64,000 nucleotides of DNA from Octopus sinensis (lineage: Eukaryota): NCBI RefSeq assembly GCF_006345805.1, contig NC_043001.1:111228001-111292000 (forward strand), read 5' to 3'. Of the stretch, positions 12,128-24,893 are shown one piece after another. A model generated the notes under the pieces. That model made no database searches and had not been told where the DNA came from. It was given only the letters and a program-made list of their open reading frames with translations. The position numbers and the translations under genes are program-made. Each line of letters begins with the position of its first letter. Within the stretch, counting starts at the first letter, position 1.

Positions 12128-13808
12128 CAAGGTGCGATGGGTAAATTGTCGCTATTTTATATTTTTTCATCTTGTACTTTAGCATTGTTTCTTTTTGATT
12201 TTGTCGACTAAACAGTATAGTAAGGTCAGTTGGGCGTTGTCTATGAGAAAAAAGGCACCATGACGCAACTCACTCTGCAAGAAATTTCGAAACGACATAC
12301 TGTACTGCTTGGCATTCGTGCCGGAAGCTCTAATATGAACATTTCAGAGTATTTGGTTGTCGATCTGAGGGCAGTGCATTGATTTCCTAAAGAGTTGGAT
12401 GGTGATTACGAAGGTACAGCAGCTCCGAAAACTCACTCTGATAATAAAATAACTTTTGAATTTGCTGGTGATATCCAGGCCATGATTGACAACAACTCCT
12501 CTAAGTCAATCAGATCAATCGACAGGGAGACGGGAGTGTCTGAGTTTCTTATCAGGTAGGTAGTGCATGAGAACATTCGGTATTCCTCATGCAAGATAAG
12601 AAAGAGCCAATATTATTTTTATCCCAAACCATCAAGAACAAGAGGGAAGACCGCACTGCGAAGTTTTTGTACAAACTCAAACACATCCAACATAACATGC
12701 TTTGGTTTTTCTCGGATGAGAAAAATGTGTTTTTCTTCTTTTCTAATCTAAGCAGAAGGCCCGAAATTTTGGGGAAGGGGGCCAGTCAGTTAGATCGACC
12801 GCTGTACGCAACTGCTACTTATTTTTTCGGTCCCGAAAGGATGAAAGACAAAGTCGACCTCAGCGGAATTTGGACTCGGGGCATAAAGATAGACATAATA
12901 TCGCTAAGCATTTCTGCCAGCTCGCCACCTTCAGACGAGAAAAATATCTGTAAGGATCAGATGGTAAACACACATAACAACCATTGGCTAGCCGTGTCCC
13001 CGAACTACATTACCAAGAGTGATAAAAATCAAGCGTCCAATCAACATCAAGGTGTTTGGAGTTATAACTAGTGGTGGCAACGTTATACCTCCATTCATTT
13101 TCCCATCCCACCTCAGACTCGACACGGATGCTTACATCAAGTGCTTGGAGGGGTAGTGATGCCCTGCGTCAAGAGGGTGGCTGCTGGAAGATACTATATC
13201 TGGCAACAGGACTCTGCACCATGCCATTCATGTAGGAAAACCCAGTCATGTCTGTCAGACAATTTCTGTGACCACATCATCCTTAACATCTGGCCACTTA
13301 ATTTCCCAGACTGCCACTTCCGTTGATTATTATGTGTAGGGCGCAGTTGAGCAAGAGACCAAAAACGAAAACTACATTGTAACACCAAAAATTAACCGAA
13401 GTCCAAGATTATAGCATCATTCACCAATATAGACAATGAGACCGTCCAGACAATTTCTGTGACCGCATCATCCCTAACATCTGGCCAATTAATTCCCCAC
13501 ACTGCCAACCATTTGATTACTATGTGTAGGGTGCAGTTCAGCGAATGACCCAAAAAATACATTTTAACACCAAAAATGAACTGAAGGCAAATATAATGTC
13601 AGCATCCAGCAACATAAACAAGAAGAGTTGCAGGAGATTCTGAAGTCAACTGGAAGCCGTGTTTGAAACCAATGTTGATTTTATAGAATAAATTTACTTT
13701 TTAGTATTTCAAGCTATTTTTATGTACTTTTGATAAATGTATCGTTTAAAATGAAATGTTAGCGTCCTTTTCCTTTTTGCGATTTTTAGACGACAATTTA
13801 TTCACCTG
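12128..13808 (+). mobile_element. maT-like (DD37D) Tc1/mariner transposon, decayed
   Basis: TA|caaggtgcgatgggtaaattgtcg left TIR; degenerate right TIR cgacaattta..cacctg|TA. Motifs WFFSDEKN and WQQDSAPCH; comparing the two duplicated C-terminal segments gives 37 residues between the second and third catalytic D positions. Confidence 0.85.
12727..12930 (-). mobile_element. SINE family B inserted in the maT transposase
   Basis: Family B sequence flanked by a ~15-bp duplication, tcggatgagaaaaat / tcagacgagaaaaat. Confidence 0.8.
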
Positions 13809-13844
13809 TATGTGTGTGTTTGTGTGTGTACATATTCTTTTATT

Positions 13845-14087
13845 ATTTTATTTGTTTCAGTTATTTGAGTGCAGCCATGCTGGAGCACCGCCTTTAGTCG
13901 AACAAATCGACCCCAGGCGTTATACTTTGTACGCATAGTACTTATTCAGTCGGTTTCATTTGCCGAACCGTTGAGATACGTGGAAAGGCAATAGTAGAAG
14001 ACACCCACCGAAGGTGCCGCGCAGTGGGACTGAACCGGAAATCATGTTGGTGAGAAGCACGCTTCTTACCACACAGCCGCCCTGCGT
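13845..14087 (-). mobile_element. SINE family A, internally deleted
   Basis: Head and tail match family A; the central segment is missing. Confidence 0.85.
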
Positions 14088-14225
14088 GGTATGTGTATGC
14101 TTGCTTGTGAACGTGTACGTGTGTGTGTCCGTGTTGTATGGTGTCTACGTGTGTCAGAGATAGAGAGACACAGAGACACAGAGAGAATGTGTGTTGAAAT
14201 ATATGGTAATGAAACGTAATAAGCA

Positions 14226-14289
<64 letters not shown>

Positions 14290-17008
14290 TATTTAGTCAG
14301 TTATTAATTACTGAAGTCCTGCAGGTTCTGACAGCACAAATTTAAGTACTACAGATGAACACAAACACAGTTCCGTACTGTTTGTTTTTCAGCTGGATGT
14401 AAGGACAATGCTAGTTCTGAAATTGTGAGTGGGAAACTACTTTAGAGATTAAAAGACACACAAATGAAGGTAACGGTTCAGTATTGGAATTAGTCGCATG
14501 GAAGGCTGAAAAAGCTAAAACGCTAAGCGACCAATTCTTCATTCCAAACATATGATTTGGTGTTATGCAATATGAAACAAATTTCCAAATATCATTAAAG
14601 TTCACTGGGTTTACTGAAATATTGAAGCCATTAGAAAATATATTTCACAGTACCAAAGTCTAATTTACAGTAGGAATCACAGAAACGCAAAACGTCTACG
14701 TGGGATGCGAAGTCTATTTGTGTATACACGAAGCTCCACAAGTTTACATACGTAAGTATTCTCTCTTTCTTCCTTTTATTATTTCTATCTATCTCTGTCT
14801 TTCTCTGTTTCTGTCTTTCTCTGTTTCTCTCTCTCTCATACACAGAGACACACACACACACACATAATTACACACATTCACACACTTCTTTGTATATGTT
14901 TTTGTTTTTGTGTGTGTGTCTCTGTATAGGTATATGCGTGTGTATAGTATCGCATGAATATACGTATTTTATCGTATAAGTACACATACACACTGACACA
15001 TAATGGCATACGTATGAATGTGTTATGTATGGTGACGTACATGCGTTGTTGTCAGTATGTGGCTAATTCCAAGGCCTCGTCTGCCAATTTCGGTTTCACT
15101 CACGCCAAACTGCTTTGCATATTCTTTCCTCTATTGCCACTGTGCAGACGAAACTTTTAATATGCTTCAATATGGCCCTGCCTTTGGATTCTTCCGTCCA
15201 TATTTCTTTCTTTGTCTCGAGCACTATTGATCACGCTGCTCATAGGGGTAAAAGCGTTCAAATATTGAGTATTAGGGCATTACTCTGCGTTTTTCCTCGC
15301 CGCCAATTCTTTTACTTACCTTCATTAGGAACGACAGATTTTATAACTCAACAAATATCTTTGGTTAGAGAAAGGACAAAAAAACCATTACCCTCCTCTG
15401 TAGTGTCACATTATTTTGCTACATTATTTCTAAATTACAAACTCACCTACTAGAAAGGAGTATAAAGAACAAGAGCATGTTACCTGACAGGGTAGTGTTG
15501 GCACAAGCGTTTTCTAATAGGACCAGTATTTCCCCATGGAAAATGGTTCAAACCTTTTTTTATTAAAGATTAATATACAGAAAAGGTATAGGATCAACAG
15601 AACAAATAATGAGACGTATGTAAGAATCTGTACTGGATCCGATATATTGGTTCGCAAAACACTGCATACTGTTTCACGGAATCCGATATACGGTTCCATG
15701 CTGATCCAGCTTATTTATAACAGCTCGGCATACAAGCGGCACAGCTGAATTCACTTTTTTCTCACCCCTAGAGTTTCATAGAGTTACTTCTCTCTACTCG
15801 CAAAACGTAGAAAAGTGCAATTCCTCACTAGTTGCGGCGATGGACGTGCTTTAGGATTTTTGTGAAGTGCACAAGAACCCGTTTTTCAATCAGCCGTGAT
15901 ATACTGCTTTTACGATAACCAGCCGTGTAGACAACTTAGAAGTATTGATGCTTCTCTATCTCTACATTTGAAATTCATTAGTTACACTGAAATCTATTTG
16001 TATCCATGAACTTTGGGCTTCTTTCTTCAATGCTTGTTGTTATTGTTTCCAAGTGAAATTAACTACTGTGTTTCTACAATTGGTAATATATTCGAATGAA
16101 AATCATATGAAAAAACTTGCGTATCGTAAACGTAGGTATTCTTGGGCGAAATATTTTCCCATTCGTGCATACGTTGGTAGGGAGCCATCGGTTACACCTG
16201 CTAACCATATTTGGCGTTTGGATAGGCAAATGCTGCAAATAGAATGAAACATACGAATTCCCATTCAAGACATAAGTGACAAGTCGATGTTTCTCTATGA
16301 AGGCAAACGGAATAAATTGCCAAAAACTTAAGAAGCAATCATACGTTTACACAAACAGACACACACACACACACTCACGCAAACATTTATATACATGTGT
16401 GTGCGTGTGTGTGTATACATACATATATAATTGGTTAACAGGATAACAAACATTAAGGCAAAGCAAATATCTCAAGTCGTATACAATATTATTATAGGAA
16501 GAAATTCCAAATCTTACATTGTTACAGACTCTGCCTGTCACTGATCTTTTTGTTTTTATGGGGTCAGTTTAAATTTATTGACTAGTTTATCAAAACCCTA
16601 GTTTCTCTAAGGCTGAGAGAACAGATGGCAGTATCTGTTAGGGGCAGAGCTGAAGGAGCAGACAGACACCATAGTTGGTATAATCACAAAAGTCAAGACT
16701 TATTAGAAGGAATATCATGAGGTTTGATAAAGGAAGACTTAAAAACAAGAGGTTACCTGATAATTAAGGTGGTGGTCCACTAGCAGACAATTGATAATGA
16801 TACAGAAGAAGTCTTATCATGTAGTACTATAGTTAAATATTTTAAACAATGTTGCTGTATCGTATTTAGTTAAAGTTTATGGTTATTCAGAGGATTATTA
16901 AAAAGATTTTATAACAAAAGGATAGAAACTTATGAATACTTTTGAGTATGTACCAAACTTTTACCACAATAGGAGGAAAAGAAATTATCCAGAAATAGTT
17001 TAATATTT

Positions 17009-17074
<66 letters not shown>

Positions 17075-17732
17075 CTGTTTGTTCATTTAGATGACGTCTC
17101 ATTCAAAATTAGATGTTTTATTCATTTTACAATTTTTGCGAATCCAATAACTTGCTAGAAGTCAAATTTATAAATGTGTGTCGCAAGATAGGGAAGGAAT
17201 ATGATAGTTAATGAAATTCGTCTATGAAATTGCTGATAAATATATCATGAAATATTTCCTTCTGTAAACAATATGGAGGTGGAAGAAAATGCGGACTGGT
17301 AGCAAGAATGGTACTAGATTGCTTGGCATTTAAGTAGAATGAGACAGAGAAGAAAAATGTTCGAAATAAAAAGTATTAATATTGAAAGGAATGTCAAAGG
17401 TCTTTGAAATTCAATAATTAGAAAAGGAATGGCAAAGAGTGCGCGAGAAAATAGATCGATAAAATTATAATAAAAGAAAGGAATTAATGTTTTTTTTTCC
17501 AAACAACAAATTAAAAATAAGCAAGATTTAGGGAGCCATAGTGGAGATTGTAAATTGGTATTTTTCATATATTGTCATCATTATCAGCCAATGTAAAAAT
17601 ATTGGACGATGAATTGGAAATAATTTTAAATAAATACATAAAATTTCTAATGAATTAGATTAAGTTATGCTGATCGACAGCATCAACATCACTACCGATT
17701 CCATCACCATCACCATTATCATTATCATCAAT

Positions 17733-17763
<31 letters not shown>

Positions 17764-17903
17764 GCAGTTATACCATTTTCGTTCATATCGTCAAATCAAA
17801 CAGCATGTTCCAACAGTCTATTGAAAATATGTGTAATTGAAAATGTATGTAATTGAAAAGAAAAAAAAAACTATACGACTTTTTGTTATAGTGAAAATAA
17901 TGG

Positions 17904-18021
<118 letters not shown>

Positions 18022-18105
18022 CGTAGGTGGTCGTGGTCGTGGTCGTGGTAGTCGTGGTCGTGGTGGTGCTGCTGATGGTAGGGGTAGTACAACAGCAGAC
18101 TAACG

Positions 18106-18239
18106 GTACTTATTTTATCGACCTCGAAGGGATGAAAGTTAAAGTCGACCGGCCTCGGCGGAATTTGAACTTAGAACTTAACGGCTGACGAAATACCGCT
18201 AGTCATTTCGCCCGCCATGCTAACGTTTCTGCCACCTCG
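18106..18239 (-). mobile_element. SINE family B 5' part
   Basis: ggtacttattttatcgacctcgaagggatgaaag..ggcggaatttgaact..tgctaacgtttctgcc. Confidence 0.85.
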
Positions 18240-19094
18240 AATGCCTAGTTACTTTCCACCCACACTGTGCACACACACACACATACACACACACACACAT
18301 GCACATACACACATACACGTTCACAAGCACACACACACACACACACACACACACTTATGTATATATTATGTATATTTTATGTATGCATCGATGTATTTGA
18401 AAGTGTGATGTAAAGACTGAACGTTGAAAATTAAGGTTGCCACCCATGGAGAATGCACATATGATAAGAGCAGTTAAAGATTATTAACTATATTACTATG
18501 TAATGAAAAAAAGCGAATAACAGCGAACTATTTGCGATGTTAGACAATGTCATAAACATGTCAAACGATAAATGTAGGATTTGATGTTATCTGTACTCTA
18601 ATTTAATTGATTCTTAAAAGATGTATTAAGACACCCACTGTTCCTCTACATTTATCAATTAGCGCAATTCACGCTGCTGTGGTCATAAACCGGTCGCCGA
18701 AATACACATTATCTTGGATAATTCCAATTGACTGCTGTTCATATTTATGTATTATAGTAAAATCAGTTCAAGCCTCTTTGACACGTTAATGACGATCCTG
18801 ACGTAAATCTCACATCATCCGTGGTCATTTTGTCTGGGGAAGTAGTGATTATCTTTTAAATTGTTCGCAACTTCTCTTATTCTAGTGCACATAAGGTTGT
18901 AACGGCGTGTTACGGCCTAGTCATCCGCAGAGAAACTTAAATGTATTATATCAACCTCATCCTGTTGTTGCAATTGTTCCCTTTTCAACACTATATCAAC
19001 ACTGAGCAATGCAATCGTACGATCAAAGATGCATATTTTATACGCAAAAATGTAATCTATTACAGACAGTATTTTAATTTTGACGTTTACCCGT

Positions 19095-19190
19095 ACTCTT
19101 TACTCTCTTTTACTCTTTTACTTGTTTCAGTCATGACTGCGGCCATACTGAAGCACCGCCTTTCGTCGAGCAAATCGACCCACAGGACTT
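19095..19190 (-). mobile_element. SINE family A 3' tail fragment
   Basis: (tactctt)n-gtttcagtcatgactgcggccat..gagcaaatcgacc. Confidence 0.85.
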
Positions 19191-20094
19191 TTTCTAAAAG
19201 AATAAAACAGTAAAGAGTATACAAATATGGGTGAATTGAAATTATTTCAAATGGGATTTTTTTTTTCAATATATTTAACTGATTCAAAGCATCAGGTTTG
19301 ATGATGTCATTGATGACATAACAGTAGTGAATACTACGTGCATTGCATAAAACTGACAGCCTTAGATAAAACTAAAACATTGTTGTTTTAGAAAACTGTT
19401 AAATGGATTTCTAACATGCAAAAATTTCAAGACCATGCTATTATCATTTTATTTTATTTCATTTTTTAACAGGAGCTTAATGGAATTTTAAAATCATATT
19501 ATAAAATAATAAACTGCCGTGAATACTTAGTAAAAATAACTAAATAAATAAATTTAATTATACCTACTAATTTGCTATATAGAGTTACTATTTAAGCATT
19601 TTAAATAGCCGGTGGAGTTATTTATTCAGAGAAATATACCCTACTGCATTAAATATTATACTCTTCAAAGTTAGCATTTGCCGAGGGTTAATGGATGTAT
19701 GATGTATGCATTATTTTATCTCTTTTCGTCACACATCAAATGCTTTGCAGCTTCTCATACTTTCGCCCACGCAACTGCATTATATGTGCTACGATTTCTC
19801 ATTAATTCACACAGATAACCGCACTATCACACGCACGCATTTGGTATGTGCGAGAAAGAAAGACGGTAAGAGAGAGAGAGAGAGAGACGATTGTCTGAAC
19901 AAGTCTATATACATGATTATGCGGCTATTATATAAACGCTTAAGTGCATTGCTATCAATCTATCTATCAATCTGTCTATCCATATCCATATGTCTGATAT
20001 ATATACCTGTAAGATGCACATGCATATATGTGTGTAAGTATGTATATGCTTGTACGTATGTGTAATGTGTACATGCACACACACACACACACAC

Positions 20095-20134
<40 letters not shown>

Positions 20135-20460
20135 TATTTAGAGATAGCAGTCCCCATCATCACATCATATAAAAGAATTTTATTTTAATACTTACTAATC
20201 ATTTCTAAATTTCTCTGCTAACGTGTTTCTTGAGGTTCTTTTACCGTTCCTTAAACATGCAGCGTTTTACAGGAACATTGCTTAAGCACAACTCCAATCG
20301 TCAGGACTCTTGATAACTTTATTATAATTCAATACCAATTTCTATATTTTAATATTTTAACAGTTACGAATGTAATTAACAGAAAAATACGCGTATGTGC
20401 AAATAAATTCGCCGAACCTTACGGTGCAAGCCATGATTTAATTGATTAAAAATAAAAAGG

Positions 20461-20630
20461 AGGATCGCGGTTTCGATTCCCAGACCGGACGTTGTGTGTG
20501 TTTATTGAGCGAAAACACCTAAAAGCTCCACGAGGCTCTGGCAGGAGGTGGTGATCCCTGCTGTACTCTTTCACCACTCTAAAGGCTGTGCTCCAGCATG
20601 GCCGCAGTCAAATGACTGAAACAAGTATAA
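20461..20630 (+). mobile_element. SINE family C fragment joined to a family A tail
   Basis: ggatcgcggtttcgattcccagaccgg (shared with 54237-54275), then gtgctccagcatggccgcagtcaaatgactgaaacaag. Confidence 0.75.
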
Positions 20631-20900
20631 AAAAATATATATATATATATATATATATACAAGATAAGTAAATGGAGAAATACATCTAAATCAAATATCA
20701 ATTACCAGATAATACTCAATCACATACTTTATTAAACCACCACATATAAGAGACTGTAGGGTTAGATATAGAAGCAGAACAAATCAGTGTACGTAAATGA
20801 ATGTACATTAAAAACTGCACATAAAAAGTAATGTTGTATAATAAGTAGAATATATATAAAAGAGAATATAAATATAAGTAAATATAAATATAAGTATAGA

Positions 20901-21038
20901 TTACATCTTACAGCTGTTTCGGCCATGTAGATAAGTATGTCTCATTTTACCAATATTAGCCCTTTATGGTAGGTCAATATATAGATATAAATTAGACATT
21001 TACAAAAATATCATAAGACCTCTTCGGAGATTTTGTAA
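20901..21038 (-). ncRNA. Type I hammerhead-like ribozyme, family HH-B (U4C in this copy)
   Basis: Minus strand: TTAC-aaa-ATCT-CCGAAGA-GGTC..~90 nt..GGCC-GAA-ACAGCTGT-A-AGAT-GTAA; stem III is an 8-nt palindrome, cleavage triplet GUA. Confidence 0.65.
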
Positions 21039-21438
21039 TATAAATCAGTCTACATATATACCCACATGGGTGTGGGCGCATACTCATAATACAACATATA
21101 CATATACATATGAGTGCATATACTCACACTCTTATACATATAAAAATATACATATACATAATGATATAAGTAAATAATATAAATTAGTAAACATATATAT
21201 GTGTTCTACATCCAATGTCTCAGTTTTTCGACTCAATATTGTGATAATAAGCATACACAAATTAGTACCTAGATGCAAATATACATAGTTAATAGTACGT
21301 TATATTGCTTCATACTAATTTCTAAAGTGTCATTAAAGTTAGCATCATTATCGTTGTCAATACCATTAATGTTATCATTATTATCTTTCATAATATCATT
21401 AATAACGCTTACATTAGGATCCAGAGCGGTATATATTT

Positions 21439-21649
21439 ATGTCCGGGTTCCAGTTAGTAATTTTCCTTATGACATAAATACACTATTGGATTTGAATTTA
21501 AAATTATATATGTCCGGGTTCCAGTTAGTAATTTTCCTTATGACATAAATACACTATTGAATTTGAATTTAAAATTATATATGTCCGGGTTCCAGTTAGT
21601 AATTTTCCTTATGACATAAATACACTATTGGATTTGAATTTAAAATTAT
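21439..21649 (+). repeat. 71-bp minisatellite, 3 copies
   Basis: gtccgggttccagttag recurs at 21441, 21512 and 21583; units nearly identical. Confidence 0.97.
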
Positions 21650-22295
21650 CATTATCTTCCGCACGGTTGGCCAATTGAGAGCCGCCCGACCTCCACCACA
21701 CCGTACAAGCAAAACATCCACATCCACATCTAACCCTAAACCCACACATCCACACAGAGACTCACACACACATGAATATACCCCTACACCTCTCTACACA
21801 TTCGCTAAGTTGCAGAGTGCATGTCTGTCATCACATGTCTTATAGACAAATCAGTACAGGCAGCAGTGTCTAACACTAACACACACACTCACACGTACAT
21901 CCGCACATACGCATAAATATTAATACACTTGCTATACTGTGTCAGGGAACTTTCGCACACACATATATATATATATTTAAATATATATCTGCGCACTCAT
22001 ACGTACAAATAAAACATATATGTATATCCACCCATGAATAAATATTCGCATATACATTTATACACATCCAAGTACGCACCTGCGTGCTCATATGTGTAAT
22101 AAAAACGCACATCCGTACATCCACCCACTATCATACCTTTATGAACAAAAACATATATGCGTTCACATACACATTTTCACACACCTACAGAAATTACTAT
22201 TAATTTAGAATAATTTAATTAATTATAAATTCAATTAATTATAGATTAGTAAGTGCCAAATAAACAAAAATAAATAATTAAATAAATATGAATAT

Positions 22296-22363
<68 letters not shown>

Positions 22364-22869
22364 TATATATATATCTATATATATATATATATCCATGTAT
22401 AGATAAATAGATAAATGAAATGGAATACAAATTAAGGAGGGCACAGAGATAAACCTAATATAGTAAGTATAAGTGGATACGCCATAATGCACCCACATGC
22501 ACATACATGTGCATGCACGCCCCCGCACGGACACGCCAGCGCGCAACGTATGCGCGGATGCTCACGCGCACGTGTACGCTGGCGCACAAAATCCGGCGCT
22601 GTGATTGAGTATTATCTGGTAATTGATATTTGATTTAGATGTATTTCTCCATTTTCTTATCTTGTATTAGTAATTTGTGGTAAATCATTTTACCTTTGCC
22701 CATATAAAATTCAGTAAATGAATTGATTATATCGCAATCATTAACATTTATGTATTAACTTTGTTGGGTACTTCACTAGCAGTATATTGGATATATGTTA
22801 TCCCATGGAGGGTTGCATTTACAACCCCTATCTCAATTTGTATGTATATATATATATATATATACATGA

Positions 22870-23209
22870 TAGGCGCAGGAGTGGCTGTGTGGTAAGTAGC
22901 TTGCCTACCAACCACATGGTTCTGGGTTCAGTCCCACTGCGTGGCACCTTGGGCAACTGTCTTCCGCTATAACCTCGGGCCGACCAATGCCTTGTGAGTG
23001 GATTTGGTAGACGGAAACTGAAAGAAGCCTGTCGTATATATGTATTTATATGTATGTATGTGTATGTATATGTTTGTATGCTGGTGTGTTTACGTCCCCG
23101 TAACTTAGCGGTTCGGCAAAAGAGACCGATAGAATAATCGGGGTCGATTTGCTCGACTAAAGGCGGTGCTCCAGCATGGCCGCAGTCAAATGACTGAAAC
23201 AAGTAAAAG

Positions 23210-23210
<1 letters not shown>
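22870..23210 (+). mobile_element. SINE family A, near full length
   Basis: taggcgcaggagtggctgtgtgg (A box) .. gggttcagtccc (B box) .. gactgaaacaagtaaaaga. Confidence 0.93.
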
Positions 23211-23242
<32 letters not shown>

Positions 23243-23247
23243 TATAA

Positions 23248-23594
23248 AGGGAAAGTTTACGAAAATAAACAAAAGACGAAGACAGGTGGTGTGCAAAACA
23301 AACAGATGTATTAGAAAAACAACGTGACAGTGAATATGTCCTTCAACAACCAATCTGATAAACTACTGACCCTAAGCAGCTAAACAACTAAGTATTGTCA
23401 CCATGATATTTCGGTAGCTACTACACATATTTTTTTTATCTCCTTGTTTCTCTCGTCTTTTCTGTGTCCCTTTCTGTAGAAGAGCGTAGGCTCGAAACGT
23501 AAAAGACGTTTTGAATTCCTGAGCGTTATACTAATACATCTGTTTGTTTTGTACACTTCCTGTCTTCGTCTTTTTTTTTCGTGAACTCTCCCCA
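23248..23594 (+). mobile_element. Penelope-like HH-A terminal repeat with inverted partial copy
   Basis: 23440-23594 is a plus-strand copy; 23248-23314 is the reverse complement of its last ~67 nt. Confidence 0.65.
23469..23506 (+). ncRNA. Minimal hammerhead-like motif HH-A
   Basis: CTTT-CTGTAGAA-GAGC(GTAG)GCTC-GAAACGT-A-AAAG. Confidence 0.6.
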
Positions 23595-23996
23595 TAAGTA
23601 TTGTTCTGTCCCCTTTTGTGATCCTCTTTTTTTTCTTTCTGTAATGAAATATGGTCTCCTCACCATCATTGTTAAATGATGATGATGATGAGGCTATATT
23701 GCATCACAGAAAAAATGTGTGTGCGTGTGTGTATATGTGTGTTTTTATTTACTTGCATGTGCTTGGCTGAAGCAATAAATTATTGTTACGATACTTAATA
23801 AAATAGCTCTATTCCTTGTGCATGAAATTAAAAAACAGACATGTTGGAATTTATGACAACCACAGAGATATGACTTCGGTTAAATTTATTTCTTCATTTC
23901 AGTGAATTCGTCTTTATATATTTCAACAATATTCATTTGCATATTCTGTTTACATATCCCGAAACGAATATATTTATAAACGCTATTTTGCATTGC

Positions 23997-24296
23997 TACC
24001 TGTTAATATGAACAAATATCGGTATGTCTGATTGTTTACGAGGTTCCATGCATAATTATTATTCTATGTATACACTTGGTCAATTAAAAAGACATTCATA
24101 AACGAACGGTAAGATTCATACGGACATCAGTACTGTCGTCTTTTATGATATATGTATACATATACGTATTTATGTTTGTATATATAATTACGCTCATAGA
24201 CACAGACACAGACACACAGACACACTCTTTCTCTCACAAAGGCATGCATACATACATATTATACATACATATATATATATATATATCTATATATAT

Positions 24297-24362
<66 letters not shown>

Positions 24363-24523
24363 CTATATATTTATATATATGTATCTATGTATGTATGTAT
24401 GTGTGTATTCCTGCTTTTGTGAGAGAGTTAGAGTGTGTGCGTTTGTGAGCATGCGTAAGTATGTATGAGATTAATTTGTAAATGTTATATTATATACCGA
24501 ATGCATAGATGCATATATATATA

Positions 24524-24589
<66 letters not shown>

Positions 24590-24790
24590 GTGTGTGTAAT
24601 TATATATGCATACATAAATACATACATGCATAGATATGTCATAAGAGACGACAGTATTGATGTCTATATGAATCTTACCGTTCGTTTGTGAATGTCTGTT
24701 TAATTGTCCAAGGTGTATACATAGAATAATAATTAGGCATGAAACCTCGTAAACAATCAGACATACCGATATTGTTCACATTAACAGGTA
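23997..24790. repeat. ~195-bp inverted repeat (arms 23997-24191 and 24596-24790) around a microsatellite spacer
   Basis: The arms align as reverse complements at roughly 85-90% identity by eye. Confidence 0.9.
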
Positions 24791-24859
24791 TCTATTTATA
24801 TATACTCTTTATATATATATGCATATATACACATATATGTATATATGTAAAAAAAATAT

Positions 24860-24893
<34 letters not shown>

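Larger units (their letters stand above)
20658..22666 (-). mobile_element. 2-kb element bounded by 67-bp inverted repeats, carrying a hammerhead-like motif (Penelope-like?)
   Basis: 20658-20724 is the reverse complement of 22600-22666 with 1 mismatch; internal hammerhead motif and a 71-bp tandem repeat. Confidence 0.65.

Noticed and set aside
15514-15699. Transmembrane-looking ORF (..ILTYVSLFVLLILYLFCILIFNKKR..)
   Set aside because: Short, bounded by stops, and explained by a pyrimidine-rich strand.
16600-16830. Possible very old R4-like remnant (..HSWYNHK..IQKK..)
   Set aside because: Too few conserved residues to support; the same applies to the RTE-like hint at 10290-10420.
21439-21649. 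71-bp repeats as a CRISPR-like array
   Set aside because: The units are contiguous with no unique spacers, in a eukaryotic context; this is a minisatellite.
22870-22950. tRNA gene calls for the SINE heads (also 43973 and 54205)
   Set aside because: A/B boxes are present but there is no complete cloverleaf, and each head runs into a SINE body.
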